Positions 9,774-16,735 of a stretch of DNA of 38,150 nt are shown piece after piece. The translations under genes and the position numbers were made by a program. Location of the stretch: the IMG/VR virus record IMGVR_UViG_3300032293_000894, positions 1 to 38,150 of that record; one strand, given 5' to 3'. The DNA is from a virus (Duplodnaviria; Caudoviricetes). The stretch's first letter is position 1, and each line of letters begins with the position of its first letter. Below the pieces are notes generated by a model. That model saw only the letters and a program-made list of their open reading frames with translations. It was not told the DNA's origin and searched no databases.

Positions 9774-10571
9774 TTATAAATCAATATTGATTTGACCTGA
9801 TTTAATAAGTCGTCTGTATTCTTTAGGGTCGTTCTCTCTAATGAATGCTGCTTGTGTATCACTTATACCTGCAGACTTAATTGGTGCTGCTTGTGAGTTG
9901 CCCCCTGATAGTAAAACTGACTTCTTTTGTGGTGTTCCTTGTTTCAAACTTCTTTCAGCAGAAAATAGGAATGATGCAACAAGGTCATCTAAATCAACAC
10001 CCCTTCTTGATTCTTTCATAGCGAACTTTTTAAAGTCCTGACCTAACGAACCAAGTGATGGGTATTTACTGTTATCAACTGCATCTTCAATGAATGTATC
10101 TACACTGTTTGCCCAAGCATCAATTTGTTTTGATTCCTGTGCTACATTTTGAATCTTTTCAAATCTTCTATTGTTAATAAGGGTATCTTTTAAAATGTTT
10201 TGTGAAAATTCATCAAGGTCATCATATTCAGCACCCCTGCTTTTAGCATAAGAAACAAGTTCTTCTTGTGTAGGTTCAGCAATGTTTGCTGCTTCTTCAA
10301 TAACTTGGTTTAACTTTTGATTTTTGAAATAAAGTGCAGATGCTTCTCTTGTAGATTCAACAAATTTATCTTTGTAATCTACTTCTTCCGAAGGTCTTTT
10401 ATTATCTGACTTGATATTAGTAATGTTTGCTTGATTGTTATCAAAATTACTTTCCAAATTGTCAGAATAATCTTCTGTATTTTCTTGGTTGTTTTCTTCA
10501 AATTGTGTTTCATTTTCTACTATTGGTTCATCAATGCTTGATAAATCAAATTCTCTTGTTCTATTGTCCAT
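9774..10571 (-). CDS. Capsid scaffolding protein
   Basis: 265 aa; acidic N-terminus, DYKDKFVESTREA coiled coil, C-terminal EYRRLIK helix; immediately upstream of capsid. Confidence 0.75.
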   Translation of the reverse strand: MDNRTREFDLSSIDEPIVENETQFEENNQENTEDYSDNLESNFDNNQANITNIKSDNKRPSEEVDYKDKFVESTREASALYFKNQKLNQVIEEAANIAEPTQEELVSYAKSRGAEYDDLDEFSQNILKDTLINNRRFEKIQNVAQESKQIDAWANSVDTFIEDAVDNSKYPSLGSLGQDFKKFAMKESRRGVDLDDLVASFLFSAERSLKQGTPQKKSVLLSGGNSQAAPIKSAGISDTQAAFIRENDPKEYRRLIKSGQINIDL

Positions 10572-10616
10572 GTTTTCCTTTCAACAGTTCAGGCATAACC
10601 TGAGTTAGTTAGTTTG

Positions 10617-10832
10617 TTACTTTCTTCTTGTAGTTTTCTTTGGTTCTTCTGTTTTTTCAGGAGTTACCATTTCAATCTTCGGAGACTCACCCAAAATTTC
10701 TGCATAGAAACTCTTTTGAATAGGGTTTAAAGCATCTCGTCTTGCTCTTAAAAATGAAATTTCGTCTTGTGATAAGGAATTAGTAGGTTTTGATAAGATA
10801 AAGTTAAATCTTTCAAGTGATTTAGAATCCAT
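10617..10832 (-). CDS. Small hypothetical protein with basic tail (start reassigned to ATG 10832)
   Basis: MDSKSLERF...FLRARRD...KKTTRRK; preceded by a leaderless promoter. Confidence 0.7.
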   Translation of the reverse strand: MDSKSLERFNFILSKPTNSLSQDEISFLRARRDALNPIQKSFYAEILGESPKIEMVTPEKTEEPKKTTRRK

Positions 10833-10868
10833 ATATAGATTATAAGTAATACTTTTGTGTTTAGTCAA
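10833..10868 (-). promoter_or_regulatory. Leaderless promoter TTGACT-N18-TATAAT-N6-ATG
   Basis: -35 at 10868-10863, -10 at 10844-10839. Confidence 0.7.
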
Positions 10869-10883
10869 GGGTGAGAAGGTATT

Positions 10884-11144
10884 TCACTTCCCACCCTGCC
10901 GTTTTTTGAGTTCAGAAAAGGTAACAGGTCGCCCTGTATAGTTCCCGTAATGAATCAAATCATGGCAATAAGTGCATACTGTCAATAAATTATCAGGTCG
11001 GTCTGTTCCACCCCATCTTCTCCATACTATGTGATGAACTTCCAAGATGTAGTCTGAAGTCTTACCACCACGACCACAAAACTTGCATTTGAAATCATCT
11101 CTTTCAAGTATGGAATATCGGACTTCCTTTGAAATTACTCCCAC
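10884..11144 (-). CDS. HNH endonuclease
   Basis: RDDFKCKFCG...LEVHHI...GGTD..DNLLTVCTYCH. Confidence 0.9.
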   Translation of the reverse strand: MGVISKEVRYSILERDDFKCKFCGRGGKTSDYILEVHHIVWRRWGGTDRPDNLLTVCTYCHDLIHYGNYTGRPVTFSELKKRQGGK

Positions 11145-11354
11145 TTATTCTTCACTTAGTAGTGATGCATGAATCATGTGGTAACCAAGCAAGAAAAACG
11201 GCATTGCTATTTCGTTTGCTTGAACCATATAATCCATAAACAAGTCGGGTCGGTAAGTGGTGGTAAGTCGGACATCAACTCCTTCCCTTCGTAACTTAAC
11301 AACAATCTTCATGACAATCTCCTTAACCGTGTTCCGAATTACTCGGTGCGACAA
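11145..11354 (-). CDS. Hypothetical protein (start uncertain)
   Basis: 69-aa ORF in operon with HNH. Confidence 0.5.
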   Translation of the reverse strand: MSHRVIRNTVKEIVMKIVVKLRREGVDVRLTTTYRPDLFMDYMVQANEIAMPFFLLGYHMIHASLLSEE

Positions 11355-11535
11355 CTTCGTAGTTTTGCGTATAAAACTTGTGAATTTTGTAACCTACATC
11401 AGTAAATGGTTTAGCATATTTAAATACTAATTCCGTTGTTTCTGATGCATACAAACTATGCGAAGTTTTAATAAGCGACAACTCTGTGTCATCACGAATC
11501 AGAATAATCACAATCTGAAAAGTGTATTCAGGCAT
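11323..11535 (-). CDS. Hypothetical protein
   Basis: 70 aa; SD AAAGGGGGAG; upstream promoter TTTACA-N18-TACAAT (11593-11564). Confidence 0.6.
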   Translation of the reverse strand: MPEYTFQIVIILIRDDTELSLIKTSHSLYASETTELVFKYAKPFTDVGYKIHKFYTQNYEVVAPSNSEHG

Positions 11536-11593
11536 ATCTCCCCCTTTAACAGTATGCTATTTAATTGTAATACTTGGATTTATAAAATGTAAA

Positions 11594-11848
11594 TTAACAT
11601 TTCCATCTGCGTCTTGCAGCAAGTCCCCGTTCGCCATCCCATGACTTTGACCTTGCACAGAATGATTTTTTTCTTCCTTCTTCTTTTTTAGTCTTTGGAT
11701 TTGGTGCAGGTGGTTTTAAGTTAGAACCTGTTTCCCTGTTATATTTAGCACGACCCTTAGCAGTAAGTCCTGCTCCTTTAGAAACAGGTAACTTCTCACC
11801 CCTACCAACAGATAACTTAACCTGTGGTTTATTTCTTCTTTTTTCCAT
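11594..11848 (-). CDS. Small basic phage protein (DUF6321-like)
   Basis: GAGLTAKGRAKYNRETGSNLKPP...RKKSFCAR...RRRWKC signature. Confidence 0.75.
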   Translation of the reverse strand: MEKRRNKPQVKLSVGRGEKLPVSKGAGLTAKGRAKYNRETGSNLKPPAPNPKTKKEEGRKKSFCARSKSWDGERGLAARRRWKC

Positions 11849-11984
11849 AGGTCTTTAACTTTGCAAATTCTTTAGGTGCTATGGTTGATTTTGATTTAGG
11901 GTTTGATGTTCCCCTTCTTTTAGCAAGTGCTATGTTTTTAACCAAACTATTCTTCATATTTTTAAGTTCTTTTATTGTTTTCAT
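11829..11984 (-). CDS. Small Lys-rich protein, 51 aa (not in ORF track)
   Basis: MKTIKELKNMKNSLVKNIALAKRRGTSNPKSKSTIAPKEFAKLKTYGKKKK; ATGA overlap with lysin stop. Confidence 0.7.
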   Translation of the reverse strand: MKTIKELKNMKNSLVKNIALAKRRGTSNPKSKSTIAPKEFAKLKTYGKKKK

Positions 11985-12682
11985 TTTTTCTTTATTGCAT
12001 CCCTAAGTGTGTAACCAATTAGTGCTGTGATAATCATGTCTGCTGTTTCATACATCCTATCATCAAGATAACCTTGTGAGTGTAAGATTCCAAGCATTAT
12101 AACTAAACCTGTAACAATCTTTGTTTTGTTTCCATCAAGTCCTGATAAATCAACTAATGGTGTTTTAGCAGGTTTAACTTCTTCTTCTTTGTGAGTGTGT
12201 GTAGGTATAGGTTCAGGTGCTACAACAGGTGCTACAGCAACTTCAGGAGTATAAACAGGTGCAACTTCAGGTGTGTTTCTCTTTGGTCTAAACCAACCTG
12301 TTACATGGTCGTAAGGGTGATTTACCATTCTACATTTCTGAACTCCATTCCAATTCTGTTCAAATGCTTTGAAGTTCATAACATCACCTTCAACAAATAT
12401 TCCAACATGTCCATGTATTCCAACTCCTTGATTCCAAATCATTACATCTCCTGCCATAGGAACTGCAGTAGGACTGTTAGGTATTGCAGTAAAGTTAGGA
12501 TTGTTCTTAGCATAACCAAAATTTTGATATGCAGATGCTACAGGAAACTGTTGAATTGGATTTGGAATACCCCAAACTTCAACACAATATTGATTGAAGG
12601 CATCCTGACATTGTCCTCCGTATGCTTTGTCAAAATCAATAGTCTTGCCATCATATTTTTTTATAAACTCTTGTAGTGTCAT
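11981..12682 (-). CDS. CHAP-domain endolysin with Pro-rich linker and C-terminal hydrophobic (holin-like) domain
   Basis: DFDKAYGGQCQD (Cys), GDVMIW, HGHVGI (His), FEQNW; C-terminal GNKTKIVTGLVIMLG...LIGYTLRDAIKKK. Confidence 0.85.
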   Translation of the reverse strand: MTLQEFIKKYDGKTIDFDKAYGGQCQDAFNQYCVEVWGIPNPIQQFPVASAYQNFGYAKNNPNFTAIPNSPTAVPMAGDVMIWNQGVGIHGHVGIFVEGDVMNFKAFEQNWNGVQKCRMVNHPYDHVTGWFRPKRNTPEVAPVYTPEVAVAPVVAPEPIPTHTHKEEEVKPAKTPLVDLSGLDGNKTKIVTGLVIMLGILHSQGYLDDRMYETADMIITALIGYTLRDAIKKK

Positions 12683-12927
12683 TTTTTATCTTCTTCTTTC
12701 TTATCGTCTTTCTTAGTTAATAACATGCCTGATAAAGTTCCTGTTAAGAAGGTAGCGATTGGACTAATTAAACTAAATAATCTTTCATCATTAGGTGATG
12801 ATTGAGTCATTGGTTGTTGAACGAATACTAATGAGTAAAGTGTAGTAAATACTGTGCCTGTTAGCATTAAAACTAAACAAACACCAATTATAAATCGTAG
12901 TGATTCTTCTTTTTCAGTTGGTTTCAT
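12679..12927 (-). CDS. Two-TM membrane protein (holin candidate)
   Basis: Two hydrophobic helices flanking VQQPM..SPND; charged C-terminal tail. Confidence 0.65.
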   Translation of the reverse strand: MKPTEKEESLRFIIGVCLVLMLTGTVFTTLYSLVFVQQPMTQSSPNDERLFSLISPIATFLTGTLSGMLLTKKDDKKEEDKK

Positions 12928-13141
12928 TTGTAATCTCCTGTGGCATTGTTTCCACTTCTCCTATTAAATACTTAGTGCATAATCCTGAAACTTCGCATAG
13001 TGGAGGTTGGCATTGTGGTAAATGATATTTATAAGGGTCTTGGCACTCGTATCTGTATTGTTTTTTACTAAACATAATCATTGAAACAAATGCGACTATA
13101 AATAAAATTATAAATAGAAATGCGACTATTTTTATCTTCAT
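12914..13141 (-). CDS. N-terminally anchored 4-Cys small protein
   Basis: Signal/TM then YRYECQDP...CQPPLCEVSGLC. Confidence 0.7.
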   Translation of the reverse strand: MKIKIVAFLFIILFIVAFVSMIMFSKKQYRYECQDPYKYHLPQCQPPLCEVSGLCTKYLIGEVETMPQEITNETN

Positions 13142-13177
13142 ACCATAATGATATAAAGAAAACTTATTAAATGTAAA
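13142..13177 (-). promoter_or_regulatory. Leaderless promoter TTTACA-N18-TATCAT-N6-ATG
   Basis: -35 at 13177-13172, -10 at 13153-13148. Confidence 0.6.
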
Positions 13178-13179
13178 TG

Positions 13180-13368
13180 CTATTTTACTAAATGACTAAT
13201 TGCTATTTGAAGTGCCATTGCAAGACCCATACCGATATAGATGAATTTGGACATACCGTCTAACTTTTTTTCTATGTTAGGTAGTTTATGTTTAACGACA
13301 TCATCAAGGTTTTCCTTGATGTTCTCTACCTTTTCTTCTAACTTTGCCATACGGACATCCAAATTCAT
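13180..13368 (-). CDS. Coiled-coil plus C-terminal TM protein (XhlA-like lysis accessory)
   Basis: RMAKLEEKVENI heptads followed by FIYIGMGLAMALQIAI. Confidence 0.6.
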   Translation of the reverse strand: MNLDVRMAKLEEKVENIKENLDDVVKHKLPNIEKKLDGMSKFIYIGMGLAMALQIAISHLVK

Positions 13369-13379
13369 ACCGTTTCTTT

Positions 13380-13550
13380 CTAATACATCATTGATGGTTT
13401 CATTGCCATCTTTGCTTTTTTCCCTGCTATTTTACCCATTTTCTTCATTACTTCTTTTTTGGCATTACCCATAGGGGACATTTTCTTTTCACCCATTTCT
13501 TCTTTCATGAGTTTTGCTCTCATTTTTTTACCCATTTTGTTCATCATCAT
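13380..13550 (-). CDS. Met/Lys-rich microprotein, 56 aa (not in ORF track)
   Basis: MMMNKMGKKMRAKLMKEEMGEKKMSPMGNAKKEVMKKMGKIAGKKAKMAMKPSMMY; ATGA overlap; fills the gap between neighbours. Confidence 0.7.
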   Translation of the reverse strand: MMMNKMGKKMRAKLMKEEMGEKKMSPMGNAKKEVMKKMGKIAGKKAKMAMKPSMMY

Positions 13551-13861
13551 AAAGTTATTCCTTTCTCTAAATTATTACTTAACTTCTGAAGTTGTTTTCT
13601 AATTTCTATTTCTGCTTGTTCAGGTTGTATTAAAAATTTCTCAATCATTATCATGTTTTCAAGTCTTGCTTGTAGTTTTATAATCTTTTCTTCATCCTTA
13701 ACGGATGTTTTACATAATTCAAATGCTATTTCGTCTTTTAGTTTAGTGAATAATTTTCTAATGTCGGAAACTTCAATTTGTTTTGTTTTGTAACCTTCAA
13801 TCAGTTGGTTGTATGTGTTTAATTCTTCGTAATTTAACTCAGAAGGGTTGATTCCAAACAT
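13547..13861 (-). CDS. Helical hypothetical protein following portal
   Basis: 104-aa coiled-coil-like ORF at the usual post-portal position. Confidence 0.7.
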   Translation of the reverse strand: MFGINPSELNYEELNTYNQLIEGYKTKQIEVSDIRKLFTKLKDEIAFELCKTSVKDEEKIIKLQARLENMIMIEKFLIQPEQAEIEIRKQLQKLSNNLEKGITL

Positions 13862-13862
13862 A

Positions 13863-15662
13863 TTATCTACCTGTTAAATCAGGCATCCCTACCCCTGCAT
13901 CAGCAGGTAACATTGCACCTTGTTCCATTGGTGCTTGTAACTGTGGCATATTTTCTTGCATTATTTCACCTTGAATAGCATTAGATTCTTCAAGTCCAAG
14001 TGAAGGTTCTTGCATCCCACCTTGTTCTTCGTAATCTTCTACCTGTGAGATTTCATCAGGAGTTAGTCCTGCAAACTGCAGTAAGTGTCTCCTGTAAATC
14101 TTCTGAAGTGGTTGGTTTTCAGGCATGATTCCGACTGCTGCTTGTAGTTTTTGAATATTATCAATATCTTCTTGCTGCTTGTCTTTAAGCATCTTAACTT
14201 CTGCCATGTAACCCATCTTGGATTTCCAATCTTTAACAGTGATTTCTCTTGTATAGACCTTTAGTCCTAATCTTCCTTCTTTATTAACAATGACTGCATC
14301 AAGCATGTCTGAAGCAGACTCAGTTAGTTTGGCAAACTTAGTTGCAAAATCTTTCCAATCTTCATCAATAAACTTCTGAATTGATTCAACTCTTTGTTGA
14401 GCATTAGCAAGTGCTAATTGAACTTCACCTAAAGTTACTGCTTGTTTTTCAACTACTCCTTGTTGAGTTGCTGTTGCTGCTGTTGCCTTTTCAGCAAGTC
14501 CTACAACATATTGAATCTCATCAAGCGATTCTGATAAGTCAGGAATCTCAACAGGCATCATCACTTCGTTAGGATTTCCTGCAACAGGGTAGAATCCAAA
14601 TGGTTGTGGTGTATAAGTTTGTGGAACGAAGTTAGGATTTGTAGCATTGTAGTAAGTCATGCCGTAGTTTCTAAGTTGTCTATTCTCAACAAGTTGGGAC
14701 ATCCATGAATTTACAATCTTGTTTGGTGTTCTGATAACATCTCCTGCACCGTCTGACCAAAAGTCAGTTCTTTCAATGTCAGTTGCCCATGCAGAATAAG
14801 GGAAGTGGTCGTGCCAAAAATCATCCTTAGTTTCACCTAACAGTTCATATAATCTTCCTTTGTATAACTTGTAATAGGAAGAATCAGCAACTGCTACAAC
14901 ATAAACAAATATTAAGTTCTTCTTATGTTCTTCACAGTATTCGTATTTATAAACTTCGTTAAGTTCAATAGTCATGGCACTGACAGTTGGAGTGTATGCA
15001 TCCATAACACCCATAGTCGCAAACCTTCTATCTCTATCAGTGTTGTATTCGTAAGTGGTGTCTTGTGCTAATGTTTGGTCTTTGTTTGCATAGTGGATTC
15101 TAAGTTGTTCTTTACCTTTTTCTTCATAATCTTCGTTGTTTAAAATATCATCTAAGGTTCTGAAGATTCCTGTCTGCATGATAAATCTTGCACCATCAAA
15201 ATTGGTTGGATTTACAAACCTATCAATGAGCATATCTCTTGGGTCTATAACTTCCATAGTTATCTTGCCATTTTCAATGTTTAATTTTTTAAAAGACCTT
15301 CCAAAAAGTAGTGCTTGTTTTCTATCTACTTCTGCAACTTGGTCTATATTGTTTCTTTTTGATGCTTCCTTCCAATACTCATTGAAGTAAATCTCTGCTT
15401 GGTCGTCATTATCTAAACTTTTAAAATATACCTGTGGTGTTTCGTTCAAGTCCTTCATGATTGTATTGATTGCATACTTCATGAGTGGAACATTAACTGA
15501 TTGTCTTTGAATAAGTCTGTTGGTTACAACTTTGTCCCTATAAAGAAGATAATTATCATCCCAATCTACTAATCTTCTTTCTTTAAATTTAAATGCTGAT
15601 TGTTTGTCCTGTTTGATTGATTCTATATCGGCATCAAGGAACTGTTTGTTTTCTTTGTCCAT
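13863..15662 (-). CDS. Portal protein (P22-like); start reassigned to ATG 15662
   Basis: ~599 aa; ALLFGRSFKK, EVIDPRDMLID, FWSDGAGD, LAEKATAAT...TLGEVQL; acidic/Gln tail; downstream of TerL. Confidence 0.85.
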   Translation of the reverse strand: MDKENKQFLDADIESIKQDKQSAFKFKERRLVDWDDNYLLYRDKVVTNRLIQRQSVNVPLMKYAINTIMKDLNETPQVYFKSLDNDDQAEIYFNEYWKEASKRNNIDQVAEVDRKQALLFGRSFKKLNIENGKITMEVIDPRDMLIDRFVNPTNFDGARFIMQTGIFRTLDDILNNEDYEEKGKEQLRIHYANKDQTLAQDTTYEYNTDRDRRFATMGVMDAYTPTVSAMTIELNEVYKYEYCEEHKKNLIFVYVVAVADSSYYKLYKGRLYELLGETKDDFWHDHFPYSAWATDIERTDFWSDGAGDVIRTPNKIVNSWMSQLVENRQLRNYGMTYYNATNPNFVPQTYTPQPFGFYPVAGNPNEVMMPVEIPDLSESLDEIQYVVGLAEKATAATATQQGVVEKQAVTLGEVQLALANAQQRVESIQKFIDEDWKDFATKFAKLTESASDMLDAVIVNKEGRLGLKVYTREITVKDWKSKMGYMAEVKMLKDKQQEDIDNIQKLQAAVGIMPENQPLQKIYRRHLLQFAGLTPDEISQVEDYEEQGGMQEPSLGLEESNAIQGEIMQENMPQLQAPMEQGAMLPADAGVGMPDLTGR

Positions 15663-15699
15663 ATATTCAAATTGTAAGTATTGTTTTTGTATTTTACAA
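15663..15699 (-). promoter_or_regulatory. Near-leaderless portal promoter TTGTAA-N17-TACAAT-N8-ATG
   Basis: -35 at 15699-15694, -10 at 15676-15671; no SD. Confidence 0.55.
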
Positions 15700-15814
15700 G
15701 TTTTAGTTTTGAGCAGTCTCTTTCCCAAATTTATTTGATTAGGATTTTAGTTGGTGATTGTTATAGTTGCGATTTAATAAAGAGATAGATTGAGTCCCAA
15801 GAGTTTTAAGGTGT

Positions 15815-16074
15815 TAGTCCCCCTATAATCCCCCATACATGAGTTCATATAAACATAACTGCTTCCGTTGTCTCTCGGAGTTACATTACCTTTTACATCA
15901 GCACTGTATGATTAACAGTGGGGAGAAGAATCTACAAGGTTCAATTAACCTTCTCCATTATGACTATGCTGAACTTTCTCTTACCAATTCTTTTAGATGT
16001 CGCCCTGTCGCTTTTGTTCTGCGAGTTGGAATTTCTTTTAATTGGCACTCCGACTTCTTATAAGTCCCACCAAT
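15815..16074 (-). ncRNA. Candidate ~260-nt structured ncRNA ending in GGGGGATTATAGGGGG
   Basis: Promoter TTGAAA-N16-TATTAT (16108-16081) places +1 at the first base of stem ATTGGTG/TGCCAAT; multiple hairpins; no credible minus-strand ORF. Confidence 0.55.
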
Positions 16075-16104
16075 AATTTAATAATAATAAATAGATTTAA
16101 AATT

Positions 16105-16734
16105 TCAAGATGCTTGGTAAAAGAAATATGGTGAGTTGCCATAACTTCTATCAATATCTTCGCTTGTTAATTGCTCTTTGAACACTTTGAGTCTTGGAAT
16201 GTTTTCTTTATCGTATGGAACTATGAAGTCAGGATTGTGCCATCTAAGTAAGTTGTTAGGTTGGATGCAGAAGTTTCCATTATCTAAAACTATGAACTGA
16301 TAGCACTTAGAATCTTGGTCATTTGAATAACCTACATTGAGTTCGTTTAAATCACCTTCGTAATCATCAATGGTAAATAGGTAAGTCCCACTTCTCCACT
16401 CACCATCTCTACAATGAACATCTACCCTTTTGTTTTGTAAGAATGCAAATGTATTTACTGCTATGTTATTAGATTGGCAGTCCCAAGTCTGAAGCAGGGA
16501 CAATCTCTTTTGTTCGTCATCAGATAACACTTCGTAATCGTCAGTATGAGCAAATGCTGATATTGGCATGTTCCAAAAGATAGCACCAATACGAGATAAG
16601 AAATGGAAGTGCATAGGTCTATTAAGCATTGATTTAACTCCGAAGATGTAACCTTCAAGGTTTTCTTCATGACCTGTATATTCCTTCCTGATAAAGCATT
16701 GTATGTAGGGTATGTTTGCATTTAACTGTGCCAT
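16105..16734 (-). CDS. Phage hypothetical protein between TerL and portal
   Basis: 209 aa, MAQLNANIP...IRKEY, WDCQS, LDNGNFCIQPNN; resembles from memory a widespread uncharacterised aquatic phage family. Confidence 0.7.
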   Translation of the reverse strand: MAQLNANIPYIQCFIRKEYTGHEENLEGYIFGVKSMLNRPMHFHFLSRIGAIFWNMPISAFAHTDDYEVLSDDEQKRLSLLQTWDCQSNNIAVNTFAFLQNKRVDVHCRDGEWRSGTYLFTIDDYEGDLNELNVGYSNDQDSKCYQFIVLDNGNFCIQPNNLLRWHNPDFIVPYDKENIPRLKVFKEQLTSEDIDRSYGNSPYFFYQAS

Positions 16735-16735
16735 G

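Noticed and set aside
15839-16063. 74-aa plus-strand ORF in the TerL-portal gap
   Set aside because: Against genome orientation, no SD, no protein motifs; the region is better explained as a structured minus-strand RNA, although the TATAAT at 15824 means it cannot be fully excluded
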